Shown: in pieces, positions 28,301 to 38,671 of the stretch
Numbering within the stretch: the first letter of the stretch is position 1
Layout: each line of letters starts with the position of its first letter
Source of the DNA: an uncultured virus (IMG/VR IMGVR_UViG_3300042471_000812)
Lineage: Duplodnaviria; Heunggongvirae; Uroviricota; Caudoviricetes
Strand: one strand, 5' to 3'
Virus record (IMG/VR): IMGVR_UViG_3300042471_000812
Length of the DNA stretch: 64,000 bases
The notes under the pieces: model-generated
Databases searched by the model: none
Told to the model about the DNA's origin: nothing
Seen by the model: the letters and a program-made list of their open reading frames with translations, nothing else
Translations under genes and position numbers: made by a program

Positions 28301-30535
28301 ATGATTTTAACTTCACCTACTTCTGGGGTTTATATTAGCAGCTTGCCTGAGCAGGCATTGAGCGATGAGCAGATAACTCAAAAGTATCATTCTTTGGAAG
28401 AGTGGTATGCCCAATGTGTTCGGTTTGTGGCTGGAATGTATAACCGCCCCAACTACAATACTGGCCGGCCAGATGGCAGTGTGGTATCTTCCTTCACCAA
28501 TAGTGCTTTGTTTCAAAACACTCCGGTGCAGCAGATGATTAACAACTACATGTATTTTCATGGGGACCAGCCAAACGATAGGTTTTCCTATTTGTTTGAG
28601 GACCCTTTGCAGAATAAGGTATTGCCTGGGGGTGGTGGTTCGCTTATTATCCCTACCCCTTGGGAAAGGGGGCATCAGGTGTATAATTTGATTACTCACT
28701 TGATTGGCAGCTTTTCGGGCCGTATAGCCTATTCAAAGCTATCTATTCAGAACAATAGCAAGGAAGGTAGGGCAAAGGCCGAAAGTGAGCGTATGCAAGC
28801 CTATATGTTTGCCATGATGAAAAAGACTGGCATACTTGATGAGCTTGCTAATTTGGGTGTGGAGTATAACCCTTTCCCGGCTGCCTCAGACGCCGAATTT
28901 GAAGACCTAATGGAATACATCAACAACTTCCCCCAAGAGATTGAGGCGTTAAAGTTGATGAAGGATATTATCTTTAGGAACAACACCCCAGCGCTTATAG
29001 AGAAGATATTTTCAAACACGATTATAAATCGCATTGGTGCGATGCTCGTTGATACTGATGAAGAGGGTTATGTTCGCCACCATGTGGTACAGCCGCAGCA
29101 GGTAATCATTGACCAAGTTGGTGATGAGGATTTTTCCGATAGGGATAGGTTTGCTGGGTACATTGAGTTTTTATCTCCTGAGGAGGTTATCTCCAAGTAC
29201 AAGATAACTGATGAGGAAGAGCGTAACACTATTTATTCTATGGCTGGGGGTACGGTACCTACGGCCAATGATTTTTATGGTTCAGCACAAGGGTATTATT
29301 TCCCTTGGTGGTGGAGTGAAGGTGAAGGGCGTGTGGCTTGTGTTACTGCTTTTTGGAAGTCTTACAAGAATGTTGATATTGGGGATTTAATCGAGGGGAA
29401 AGGCCGCCGGAAGAAAGGAGACTTTATGTTTCAAACTATTCGGCGCGGTACCCTAATCGGAAACCAAATCCTAAAGAACTTTGGCGAGGATAAGAATATC
29501 GTAAGGAATCCCTTTAAGCCTAAAGAGGCTGTCCTTCCCATTCTTTCTGTTCGGCCGTACACTCGCATTGGTTACAACAAAAGCTTAGTGGATAGGCTTC
29601 GTGCTGCCCAAGACAAGATAGATGTCATGGAGGCAAAGATTACCGATGCCATAGCCCATGACTTAGGGAATGTGTATGTGTTTTATGGCGATGCCATTGA
29701 AACTGATGCCGATGAGTTTATGAGCGATATTAAGAAGAATCGCTTTACCTTTTTGCGTAGGAGTACCGGTGAGGACTTAGACCAAAGCGACTTCCAAAGG
29801 GTAATGGAAAAGCTTGATATGGGTATTACCCAGAACATCATGCACTACATAAACCTGAAAAAGGAGAAGCAAGCAGAGATGGAGGCTATTGCCTCAGTGA
29901 GCAAGATAGCCCTTGGGCAGCAGCAGACCTATGTAGGTATGAACACCCAAGTGAACACCATCGCCCAAAATGCTAAAGGCGTGGAATACTACTTTGCCTC
30001 AGTGATTAAGCTCTATGCCGATGTTATGCAGTATAGCATAGAGAAGCAGAAGCTTGTTTTAATTAACGATGGCGACAAGGAACTTGAAAGAGAGATACTC
30101 AGTGAGCGTGGCTCGGAGTATTTGAAACTTAATAAAGATTTCTCTTTTACCAAGTTGAATGTCCGGATAGTTGTTGAAGATGTTATCAACTCGGAGAGTA
30201 AGGGAAGGTTAATGCAAATGGCTGTGGCAATGGCTCAGAGTGGCCAGATGGATATGCTTGATTATTTACGCATAGAGACTGCCAACACTTACAACGAGCT
30301 TATGAATTACTTTGAGGCTGCAATCCGCAGGAAGAAGAAGGAAGAGGCTCAGATGAAGGCTATGCAGCAAATGCAGCAGATGGCCGCTATTGAAGCCCAA
30401 GGGCAGCAGTTAGCACAGCTAGAGGCTATGAAGCAAGATGGCCAAGATGCTCGCCATGCCGATAAGATGGAGCTTGATGCTACTAAGTTGGGGCTAGAAA
30501 CTGGGGAAAAATTGATGTTAAATAATAATATGTAA
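28301..30535 (+). CDS. Portal protein
   Basis: 744 aa after terminase; SLVDRLRAAQD motif; Q-rich C-terminal coil as in crAss-like portals. Confidence 0.8.
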   Translation: MILTSPTSGVYISSLPEQALSDEQITQKYHSLEEWYAQCVRFVAGMYNRPNYNTGRPDGSVVSSFTNSALFQNTPVQQMINNYMYFHGDQPNDRFSYLFEDPLQNKVLPGGGGSLIIPTPWERGHQVYNLITHLIGSFSGRIAYSKLSIQNNSKEGRAKAESERMQAYMFAMMKKTGILDELANLGVEYNPFPAASDAEFEDLMEYINNFPQEIEALKLMKDIIFRNNTPALIEKIFSNTIINRIGAMLVDTDEEGYVRHHVVQPQQVIIDQVGDEDFSDRDRFAGYIEFLSPEEVISKYKITDEEERNTIYSMAGGTVPTANDFYGSAQGYYFPWWWSEGEGRVACVTAFWKSYKNVDIGDLIEGKGRRKKGDFMFQTIRRGTLIGNQILKNFGEDKNIVRNPFKPKEAVLPILSVRPYTRIGYNKSLVDRLRAAQDKIDVMEAKITDAIAHDLGNVYVFYGDAIETDADEFMSDIKKNRFTFLRRSTGEDLDQSDFQRVMEKLDMGITQNIMHYINLKKEKQAEMEAIASVSKIALGQQQTYVGMNTQVNTIAQNAKGVEYYFASVIKLYADVMQYSIEKQKLVLINDGDKELEREILSERGSEYLKLNKDFSFTKLNVRIVVEDVINSESKGRLMQMAVAMAQSGQMDMLDYLRIETANTYNELMNYFEAAIRRKKKEEAQMKAMQQMQQMAAIEAQGQQLAQLEAMKQDGQDARHADKMELDATKLGLETGEKLMLNNNM

Positions 30536-30558
30536 CTTTGCAATCTAAAACGACAAAT

Positions 30559-31515
30559 ATGGCAGAGACAACAGACGAAGAGGTATTAGTACCTCAGGTG
30601 GCAAACACCACCGAAGAGACATCGGCAGGCGCCCCTGAAACAACCCCAGAGGTTGCAGATGAGGTAGAAGTCGAATCATTTGAGGAGGACCCTGACTACA
30701 AGGACTTCTACACTGGGCCAAAAGCCCCAGCGGAAGGCGATAAGGTTAGTATCTCCCCAGAGGAGTATAGTTCTTTGAAGCAAGCTGCCTCAGAGTTAGA
30801 GCAGCTCAAAAACAACCCTACTGCCTTGGCGGTGCTTAACCACTTCACAAGTGGAGGTACTGCGGAGCAGCTAGCGGCACGTTTTGACACTCGTGATTAC
30901 ACCAAGATGAGTGAGGTTGAGCTTTACCGCTTAGACTTAGCAAGTGTTCCTGGGGTAACTCAAGAGGAGATAGACGATGAGCTTGAGCGCTTTGAGGATA
31001 TGTCTGCTGTTCAGCGTAAGCGTTTAGCTGCCGATATTCGGGAAAGGCTAGAGCGTAGCCGCAACAAAGGTGCTGATGAGCTAGTAAGCTCTGTGGAGAA
31101 ATCCAAGCAACAAGAACAGCAGGTGCTTGCAAACTTTAATAAAGAATTTGAGGCTGAAATTGAGAAGTGGGAAAAGAAAGGTAAATACTTTGGCTTGAAC
31201 TATGACAAGCAAATGGCGGGCAAGGTTCGTCAGTTTGTCAAGGAAACCAATGGCCTAATTTTCATCAATTCTGATGGAAGCTTAAATGCTCGGAACTTCC
31301 ACACTGCGGTAGTTGCCCTTCTAGACCTTCCCAGATTAGCAAGTGCTAAGTTAAACGAAGGTGTTAGAAAAGGTGTACGAAACGTTGTTAAAGAAGTCCA
31401 TAACGCCGGAGATAAAAGTACCTCTCCTGGCGGCTCTGAAAACCCACAGTCAACAAAACGAATCGATGATCCGTATGAGTCTTGGGTAAGGAGTCAATCT
31501 GGTGCTAAACGTTAA
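30559..31515 (+). CDS. Capsid scaffolding protein (acidic)
   Basis: Acidic N-terminus, coiled coil, located between portal and capsid; probable ATG at 30559. Confidence 0.6.
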   Translation: MAETTDEEVLVPQVANTTEETSAGAPETTPEVADEVEVESFEEDPDYKDFYTGPKAPAEGDKVSISPEEYSSLKQAASELEQLKNNPTALAVLNHFTSGGTAEQLAARFDTRDYTKMSEVELYRLDLASVPGVTQEEIDDELERFEDMSAVQRKRLAADIRERLERSRNKGADELVSSVEKSKQQEQQVLANFNKEFEAEIEKWEKKGKYFGLNYDKQMAGKVRQFVKETNGLIFINSDGSLNARNFHTAVVALLDLPRLASAKLNEGVRKGVRNVVKEVHNAGDKSTSPGGSENPQSTKRIDDPYESWVRSQSGAKR

Positions 31516-31526
31516 AATTAACTAAC

Positions 31527-32936
31527 ATGGCTTTTCAGTCGCTTGATTTATCAACAAACCTGACGCTTCGTGGCCTAAACGATGTAAATCGCCCACAAGC
31601 TGTCTATGACGTTAGTGGAGGGTATCGCTCTCTATACTACGTTATGAGTATCATCTCAAACACTACTAAACAATTCCCCGGTTCACCTGAGGTTCCCTAC
31701 TCTGTGGGTTACAACTCTACCGACCGCCGGTTCCAAACCACTTACCTTGATGATTTAAGCATCATTGCCACTATCCAAAGCAGAACTGTTGTTGGGGTAA
31801 ATTTAGTTCTTACCATCACTGGTGTGAACAACGATGCTTTCCGTCGTGGGGACGTTGTGCTTGGAGGAATGGATTTCTCTCGCTTAGGGCAGGTGGTAAC
31901 CGCTACCGCTGGCACTATTGAGATTGCTCCTTTCCAGCCTTTGAATGCTTTCGCCGTTACCGACTTTGCTGTTGGTGCTTTCGTGCGTGTAGCGTTTGAC
32001 TCTTCCAACGTAGTACGTTCTACCGGTAAGACTTCTCTAACCGTTACCCCTCGTACCGATTGGAATACCATTTCTACCATTCGGGATTCTTTTGAATGGT
32101 CTTTGCAAAACACCAATGTAGCCTCTTTGATTTCAAAGGTTGGCGATGGTGGCTTGTGGCAAAACGCCCAGATTAACCTAACCTCTCAGCGCATGCTTAC
32201 GAGCATTGACAAGGCGATGTTAATCTCTCAGCGCGCACAATCCAACAATGCTTTGGGTGAGCAAGATACCTTCGGAGGTCTTGATTGGGCTTTGCGTAAC
32301 CGCAATGGCTATGTTGTTGACTTGCAAAATGCAATGACTCGTGGTCAGTTTGACGATTTCTTGACTGAGGTTACTCTTCGCAAGAGTGGTAACAGACAGA
32401 ACATTGGTCTTCTTGTTATGGGTACTCAAGCCTTCAACCGCATCAGTTCTTTCGGAAATGGAGACTTTATCCGTTACCAACGTGATTTGAGCGATGGCGA
32501 TAAGACTCTGGGTGTAAACTTCCAATATGTAGAGATTTCCGGTCGCCGGTTTGCTCTTTACATTGCCGATGTTCTTGACAACCGTTTCTTCTTCCCAGAA
32601 ACCTCTACGATTGCTGGTGTGAATGGAACTATCAAGTCCAATGACATCTATTACATCGACACTGAGCCAATCAAAACTGACAATGGCATGGGCTTCAAGC
32701 CAGCCGTTGAGATGTTGCACTGGTCTCCCGATGGCACCCCTGGTGGTGGTCAACCCTTCTATGCTGGTATGATCAATGGTATGAACAATGCTGTTGTTAG
32801 CTCTGCTGACATCATTTCTGCTTCTGCCAACAATGTGGTTACTCCCGTTGAAGGTTCGGCTTTGCATTTGATGTACAAAGGTGGTATGAACATGATTACC
32901 GGTGAGTTCTCTGGTAAAATTGGTTATTTGTTCTAA
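31527..32936 (+). CDS. Major capsid protein
   Basis: Position, 469-aa size, biased highly expressed codon usage, TFGGLDW-type motif. Confidence 0.75.
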   Translation: MAFQSLDLSTNLTLRGLNDVNRPQAVYDVSGGYRSLYYVMSIISNTTKQFPGSPEVPYSVGYNSTDRRFQTTYLDDLSIIATIQSRTVVGVNLVLTITGVNNDAFRRGDVVLGGMDFSRLGQVVTATAGTIEIAPFQPLNAFAVTDFAVGAFVRVAFDSSNVVRSTGKTSLTVTPRTDWNTISTIRDSFEWSLQNTNVASLISKVGDGGLWQNAQINLTSQRMLTSIDKAMLISQRAQSNNALGEQDTFGGLDWALRNRNGYVVDLQNAMTRGQFDDFLTEVTLRKSGNRQNIGLLVMGTQAFNRISSFGNGDFIRYQRDLSDGDKTLGVNFQYVEISGRRFALYIADVLDNRFFFPETSTIAGVNGTIKSNDIYYIDTEPIKTDNGMGFKPAVEMLHWSPDGTPGGGQPFYAGMINGMNNAVVSSADIISASANNVVTPVEGSALHLMYKGGMNMITGEFSGKIGYLF

Positions 32937-32955
32937 TTTTTAAAACTAATAAGAT

Positions 32956-34245
32956 ATGTCACTATTATCAAATCCCCGTCCTTTAGCATTTGTAATGAAT
33001 GCTCCCGTTGCCACTAACTTTAGCGTTGCGAACGGCCTGATTAGCATTTCTGGTTTGACCGATGCGCTTCCTAAATTTTCTACCCTTCGTCTTTTGACTG
33101 AGGGGTTGGAGGAGAGCCAAGTTGCCCAGACTTCTAATTTCAGCGTTGCTTTTACCGCAGCTGCTAGCACAACCTATGCACTTAATGTAACTGGTGTGAA
33201 CACTTTAACTGGCCTTACTGAGGCTCGCAAAGTGTCTTTCACTTCTGGTGTAACTTTTAGTGCTGCTGGAATTGCTGCTGCTTTGGTTAACTTGGTGAAC
33301 TCTTTGCCTTTCGGCGCTACCGCCACTGGCACAGGTACTCCTGTTACCATTTCCGGTTTAGCGTCTTTGGTTGTTGTTGATGCTGGTAACACTACTGTTA
33401 CCTCTGGCAATGCTGTTATTGCCCCCAATGCCACGGCTAGCACTGCTATCACTCAGAGCATCGCTCCGAATGGTACTGCTGCTACTGCTGTTGCTGGTAC
33501 TGCTACCGTAACTGTTACCACTGCTGCTGCTCATGGATTGCTTCCTGGCGACGTTGTAGATTTGGCTGGTGCTGCCACCTTCCTTTTCGTTGATGTTCGC
33601 CCTGGTTCCCTTCAAACTGCTGCTGCTTCTGTTGACAATGTTATCGTTGCTAGCGTACCAACTTCTACCACTTTCACCTTGCAAGGTGTGAGAGGTAACG
33701 GAAGCACCAACGCTGGCACTTTGACAATCACCACCAAGAACGTAGTTACTGTTACTACTTTAGCTGCTCATGGTTTGGTTGTTGGAAACGCAGTTAGCGT
33801 GAGTGGTGTTGCTACTTTGACTGTGAATGGAGGTGCTGCCTTCACTTCACTTGTTCGTAGCGTACCTGCCACCGACAAACTTGTGTTGTTGGGTGCTGGA
33901 AATGGTTCTACCAACTCAGGCACTATCGTAATTACCCGGATTGCCCAACCTGCCAAGGGTTACAACTATGGCACTAAGGTTGGTACTGGAGTTAATTCCG
34001 AGTGGCGTGCTGCTGATGGCTCTGGAGCTGTTACTGCCAACCAAGGTTACACTTTGTTAGGTCTTGAGTATGCGAATGATGTTGTTGACAACATTTCTAT
34101 TCGTCAGGCTCAAAGCCAGCAAGTGTATATCTTGTTGAATGAGGGTGCTACTGGTTATGGTGCTTCTGTGAAGGCTCTTCAAGAGATTCTAAGCAACTGG
34201 GCGCCTAACACCACCCTTGCCAATCCAGCTTCTATTGCTCCCTGA
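32956..34245 (+). CDS. Capsid decoration/auxiliary virion protein
   Basis: A/T/G/V-rich beta protein with two VTT..AHGL..GD/N.V repeats; follows the capsid gene. Confidence 0.6.
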   Translation: MSLLSNPRPLAFVMNAPVATNFSVANGLISISGLTDALPKFSTLRLLTEGLEESQVAQTSNFSVAFTAAASTTYALNVTGVNTLTGLTEARKVSFTSGVTFSAAGIAAALVNLVNSLPFGATATGTGTPVTISGLASLVVVDAGNTTVTSGNAVIAPNATASTAITQSIAPNGTAATAVAGTATVTVTTAAAHGLLPGDVVDLAGAATFLFVDVRPGSLQTAAASVDNVIVASVPTSTTFTLQGVRGNGSTNAGTLTITTKNVVTVTTLAAHGLVVGNAVSVSGVATLTVNGGAAFTSLVRSVPATDKLVLLGAGNGSTNSGTIVITRIAQPAKGYNYGTKVGTGVNSEWRAADGSGAVTANQGYTLLGLEYANDVVDNISIRQAQSQQVYILLNEGATGYGASVKALQEILSNWAPNTTLANPASIAP

Positions 34246-34268
34246 GTAATATCGGATTGAATAAAATT

Positions 34269-34298
34269 AGCCCCTTCCTTTTTGGTTGGGGCTTTTTT
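34269..34298 (+). terminator. Intrinsic terminator after the capsid operon
   Basis: AGCCCC...GGGGCT followed by TTTTT. Confidence 0.75.
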
Positions 34299-34504
34299 AT
34301 TGTATTTGGTTGGGGGTTTTTTAGTATTTGCAGTGCTGGCTTTTGTACTGATTAAATTACTATATTTGCATGTGAGTTTTGTGTTTTTTGCTCATAGGTT
34401 AAGGTTTAGCTCCCTCCGCGTAAGTGGGGGGAGTTTTTATTTTTAACACTTATTAACATTTGCGTGTTGGTTTTTTATTTAGGTTTGCAGAAACAAAAAC
34501 ACCC

Positions 34505-34720
34505 ATGAGCAACAAACAACAAACCGCAGTGGAATGGCTAATTGAAAGATATTTTGCAAGTAACGAACCTTTTGATTATAAACATTTAGCCCAAGCCAAA
34601 GAAATGGAGAAGGATAAAATGAAGAATTTATGGCATGCAGCGATATCTCACGGAGGTTGTAAATGCTATGATGAGATTATGACATTTGAAGAATACTACA
34701 AAGAAACCTTTAACAAATAA
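34505..34720 (+). CDS. Small 'QTAVEWL' family phage protein
   Basis: MSNKQQTAVEWL...AKEMEK...YYKETF; ATG at 34505. Confidence 0.7.
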   Translation: MSNKQQTAVEWLIERYFASNEPFDYKHLAQAKEMEKDKMKNLWHAAISHGGCKCYDEIMTFEEYYKETFNK

Positions 34721-34723
34721 CCC

Positions 34724-35020
34724 ATGCAACAACCAATTAACTTTTGCGACATTATGGCCCTTGGCTTCAACATGGAAAGCGGGCACGACCCTGTGTTTGA
34801 AAGACAACACGGCTACGAGTACAAAATCTTTACCAAGATGCTTGCCCCCACGCTGATGCTGGACTGGAATCAAGAAACACGCCTTTGCCAACTGTTTGTA
34901 ATTCGCCCCGAAGATGGGCATATCTATCAACGCATCCCTGTTATCGATACCAATTCTTTGCAAACGCTTGTTAATTCTTTCAAAAAACCCGAAGCCGATA
35001 CGTGCTATACGGCTTGCTAA
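34724..35020 (+). CDS. Hypothetical protein
   Basis: ORF whose TAA stop lies within GCTAAC. Confidence 0.6.
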   Translation: MQQPINFCDIMALGFNMESGHDPVFERQHGYEYKIFTKMLAPTLMLDWNQETRLCQLFVIRPEDGHIYQRIPVIDTNSLQTLVNSFKKPEADTCYTAC

Positions 35021-35042
35021 CACGAAATTAAACTGAAACAAA

Positions 35043-35252
35043 ATGGCAGACGAAAGAGATTGGAAACACTTCGCTAAAATGGCAAAAGAAGCACAAAAAC
35101 CCGCCTTGCAACAAACCGATGTTAGCGGTAGGTTTGTTCCTATTCGCTATTACATAACCGAGTTTTTTTGTTGGGTTGTTTGCGGAATAGATTTTTACAA
35201 AGACTACCGTAGATTTTATAAAGGACAAAATAAAGGACAAAATGTCCCTTAA
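35043..35252 (+). CDS. Hypothetical protein reading through a cassette core site
   Basis: ALQQTDVSGR is encoded across GTTAGCGGTAGG; complementary CTTACCGCTAAC follows the stop. Confidence 0.5.
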   Translation: MADERDWKHFAKMAKEAQKPALQQTDVSGRFVPIRYYITEFFCWVVCGIDFYKDYRRFYKGQNKGQNVP

Positions 35253-35676
35253 ACTTACCGCTAACTAATGTATAGGCGAAACAACCCCCGATAGGGTGCG
35301 GCTGCATTAGAAACCAAGCATCCAACTACCGATAGGGTACGAATTTCGTTTCCGTTTAGAACCCAAACAATTAGCCCCAGCCTTGGGGCTTTTTGTATTA
35401 AGTATCTCGCCATTAATTCCTTCGGCGGTTTTGGTAAATCGGAAAAGTTAGGTATATTTGACTGCCAGCTTATCCGCGTTCTTTTACCTTTCATAATTTA
35501 AGCTGGCTTTTTGGTTATCCCTCCCCCCACCTTTTTTTTGATTTTGAGGTGGGGGGATTTTTTCAACGCAACACTATGGATCAAAACGTAATTTGTGGCA
35601 ATAACATTGACCTATTAAGGGAGTACCCAGACAATCATTTTGACGCTATACCTACTCAACTCAAATTTAATTTCTA

Positions 35677-36417
35677 ATGAGCAAGCAAGAAATACTATTA
35701 GGAGATTGCTTAGAACTTATGAAGGACATACCAAACGGAAGTATTGATATGATACTTTGTGATTTACCTTATGGAATGACAAGTAATAAGTGGGATTGTG
35801 AAATTGATTTAACTGAACTTTGGAAGCAATATAAAAGGATTATAGAGCCAAATGGAGTAATAGCACTAACAGCAGGACAGCCATTTACTTCAAAACTTGT
35901 TTCGTCAAATTTTGAAATGTTTAGACACGAGTGGATTTGGAACAAAGATAGAGGAAGTAATTTTGCAAATACAGTAAGAGAGCCAATGAAAGAACACGAA
36001 AGCGTTTTAATATTTAGTAATGGCAAATGGACTTACAATAAGCAAATGGAAGAACGCAAAGGGAGTGGATTGGCAAGGGCAAAACAAAAATTCCATTGGA
36101 AGCCAAAAAGCGAGAATTACAGGGTAATGGAAGAAAAAAAAGCAGATAGCATTTCTGATTTAAGAGTTCCGAGTTCAGTTCAATTTTTCAAATGCGATAG
36201 AGGTATGCACCCAACGCAAAAACCAACTGAACTATTTGAGTATTTAATCAAAACCTACACCAATGAGGGTGATTTAGTTTTGGATAACACAGCAGGGAGC
36301 GGAACGACTGCGATAGCGTGTTTTAATACCAACCGCCAATTTATTGTAATGGAGAAGGAGGAGAAGTATTACGAAATTATTTTGAAGAGAGTGGCAGAAC
36401 ATAGAGGGATATTCTAA
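35677..36417 (+). CDS. DNA methyltransferase, beta class (N6-A/N4-C)
   Basis: CDLPYG, HPTQKP, VLDNTAGSGTT. Confidence 0.9.
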   Translation: MSKQEILLGDCLELMKDIPNGSIDMILCDLPYGMTSNKWDCEIDLTELWKQYKRIIEPNGVIALTAGQPFTSKLVSSNFEMFRHEWIWNKDRGSNFANTVREPMKEHESVLIFSNGKWTYNKQMEERKGSGLARAKQKFHWKPKSENYRVMEEKKADSISDLRVPSSVQFFKCDRGMHPTQKPTELFEYLIKTYTNEGDLVLDNTAGSGTTAIACFNTNRQFIVMEKEEKYYEIILKRVAEHRGIF

Positions 36418-36543
36418 AGAAAAGAGTACATTTGTACCGCAACCCACCTGAGCATTTTTTCATAACCTTTGTGTTCCAACTAATAGGGTTTGGTGGGTTG
36501 TTTTTTTTTCTTATCTTTGTGGCGGAACACAAATAAATTTCTT

Positions 36544-37917
36544 ATGAATAATGTTTATCCGCCGAAAACCCCAACCCCGCCGAAGAGCCGAAAAAAGGTA
36601 CAAAGAACAATCTACCTACCCAAGGACATTAAACTCAAAGTAGAAGCCTTAGACATTAAGCGCTGCGACAAGGATAACATTTACAAATTCTTAATGATAC
36701 TCATCTCCAAGGCAAAGAAGGAAGGGGATATTTACAGGGAGGTGGCGTTAGCGTTCAACTACTTAAAGAGGGTGTTAGGGGCAGGCACTTACAAAAGGAT
36801 AATCACACATTTAGAAAAGTTAGGGATAATCACTTGCGACTACTTTAAGGTTATGACACTTAATAAGAGTGGGAGGTGTTATAGGTATAAGTTGGTATTT
36901 AAGGAGAGATATTCTAGGGATAAAGTGGTCGCGGTATCATATTCTTCTACTAAATCATCAGAAGCCTTGCAAACACAAGTGTTTCAAGAGTGGTTTGAGG
37001 GGGATTTTAAGAGTTTAGTTATGCCAATGAATGAGCTTCGGGCGATTGCGAAGCGCCGAAAGGAAAATGTAAGCCTTACCAACTGCAAAGTAGGTACTGA
37101 GATAAGGGAAAATGTAGTTGAGATAGTTGATATTCGCACAAATTTCTCATATAGGGCGAGTAAAGAGGTGGCAATGGGTAGGGCAAACCTTCACAATCGG
37201 TTACTCATACAGGATAAGTCTGCGTGTTACATAATGACTGAGGGGGAGTATTTGAGGTTCAAGCGTTCTGCGGTGGAGTTGTCGGATAGTGATGCGTTGA
37301 ATAAGATAGAATCTGGGAATTTGCGAGCGGCCCGAAACACTACCAACCAAAGGCTAGACACGAACTTCACCAACTTACCAAACGAGTTTATGGCTGAGAT
37401 ATGCAAGGCGAACAACTTAAAAACCTTAGACATTGTAAATTCCCAGATAGCGTTAATGTCAAGAGTAATGCCCGACCTCAACACAGCCGATTCCGAGCTG
37501 TTTAAGAGCATTTCGGTAGATGGCACGTTCTACGAGTCAGTTCAGCAGTTGCTAGGCTTAAAATCAAGGAAAGAGGCTAAAATCGTTTCCTTTGAAATGT
37601 TGTTTAGTGCAAGGGGCAACAGGAGTGTTTATTTGAAGCGTATGCGAGAGGTATTCCCTTCGGTAATGGCGTGGGTAGATGGGTATAAGTTGGAGCATGG
37701 GGATAATATGTTTGCGGTGATGTTGCAGAGGGAGGAGAGCAAGATATTTGTTGATGGGTTGCTCCGCCGCATTAAGGTGCTGGGGTATTTGTGTTTCACG
37801 AAGCATGACAGCATTATTTACCGGGCGGGGGATGCTGGGGAGATAGAGCGGATCGCCGAAGGATATTTTGCTGAGATAGGTTTTGAGTGCAAGTATAAAA
37901 TAGAGGATTATTTGTAA
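36544..37917 (+). CDS. Family-A-polymerase-like protein without exonuclease domain
   Basis: TLDIVNSQ (motif A), RKEAKIVSFEMLF (motif B-like), LQREES, TKHDSI (motif C); probable ATG at 36544. Confidence 0.55.
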   Translation: MNNVYPPKTPTPPKSRKKVQRTIYLPKDIKLKVEALDIKRCDKDNIYKFLMILISKAKKEGDIYREVALAFNYLKRVLGAGTYKRIITHLEKLGIITCDYFKVMTLNKSGRCYRYKLVFKERYSRDKVVAVSYSSTKSSEALQTQVFQEWFEGDFKSLVMPMNELRAIAKRRKENVSLTNCKVGTEIRENVVEIVDIRTNFSYRASKEVAMGRANLHNRLLIQDKSACYIMTEGEYLRFKRSAVELSDSDALNKIESGNLRAARNTTNQRLDTNFTNLPNEFMAEICKANNLKTLDIVNSQIALMSRVMPDLNTADSELFKSISVDGTFYESVQQLLGLKSRKEAKIVSFEMLFSARGNRSVYLKRMREVFPSVMAWVDGYKLEHGDNMFAVMLQREESKIFVDGLLRRIKVLGYLCFTKHDSIIYRAGDAGEIERIAEGYFAEIGFECKYKIEDYL

Positions 37918-38606
37918 TGTTTAGTTATTACGGAAGCAAATCAAAAATAGTGGATTACTATCCACCGCCGAAACACAAAAGGATAATTGAACCTTTTGCT
38001 GGAAGTGCAAGGTATAGTTTGAAATATTGGCAGAATGATGTTTTGCTCGTAGATAAATACCCTGTGATTGTATCAATATGGGAATACTTAATCAAAGCTA
38101 CAAAAGCAGATATTTTAAACTTACCCGATATTGTTACAGGGCAAAATGTAGATGATTTTGATATTACACAAGTTGAAAAATGGCTAATAGGATTTTGTAT
38201 AAATGGTGGTTCAGCATCACCTAAGAAAACTGCAAAAGACTACAATACTTGGGGTGAAGCAAAAACAAGAATTGCTAATGATATTGAAAAGATAAAACAT
38301 TGGAAGGTGCAGCTTGGAAGCTATGAAGAACTTGAAAACGAAGATGCAACTTGGTTTATTGACCCACCATATCAAGTAGGTGGCGAATGGTATGTAAAAA
38401 GCACAAAGCATATTGATTTTGATAGCTTGGGTAATTGGTGTAAAAGCAGAAACGGACAAGTGATAGTATGCGAAAACACAAAAGCAACTTGGCTACCATT
38501 TAAACCAATGATTGATATGCAAGGTGCAATGTATAAAACAACGGAAGCAATATGGTCAAATCAAAGAACGAATTATGATTCAGTACAACAATCATTTGAT
38601 TTTTAG
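37917..38606 (+). CDS. Dam-like (D12 class) DNA adenine methyltransferase
   Basis: YYGSKS, EPFAGSA, FIDPPY. Confidence 0.85.
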   Translation: MFSYYGSKSKIVDYYPPPKHKRIIEPFAGSARYSLKYWQNDVLLVDKYPVIVSIWEYLIKATKADILNLPDIVTGQNVDDFDITQVEKWLIGFCINGGSASPKKTAKDYNTWGEAKTRIANDIEKIKHWKVQLGSYEELENEDATWFIDPPYQVGGEWYVKSTKHIDFDSLGNWCKSRNGQVIVCENTKATWLPFKPMIDMQGAMYKTTEAIWSNQRTNYDSVQQSFDF

Positions 38607-38671
38607 ATTATTTGTAATTGTGAATTTACTTGTATATTTGCACTAGAATTTTTTAACTAAAACGAGATTTA

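Noticed and set aside
31742..33956. Minus-strand ORFs opposite the capsid and decoration genes
   Set aside because: Antisense shadows caused by the biased codon usage of highly expressed genes.
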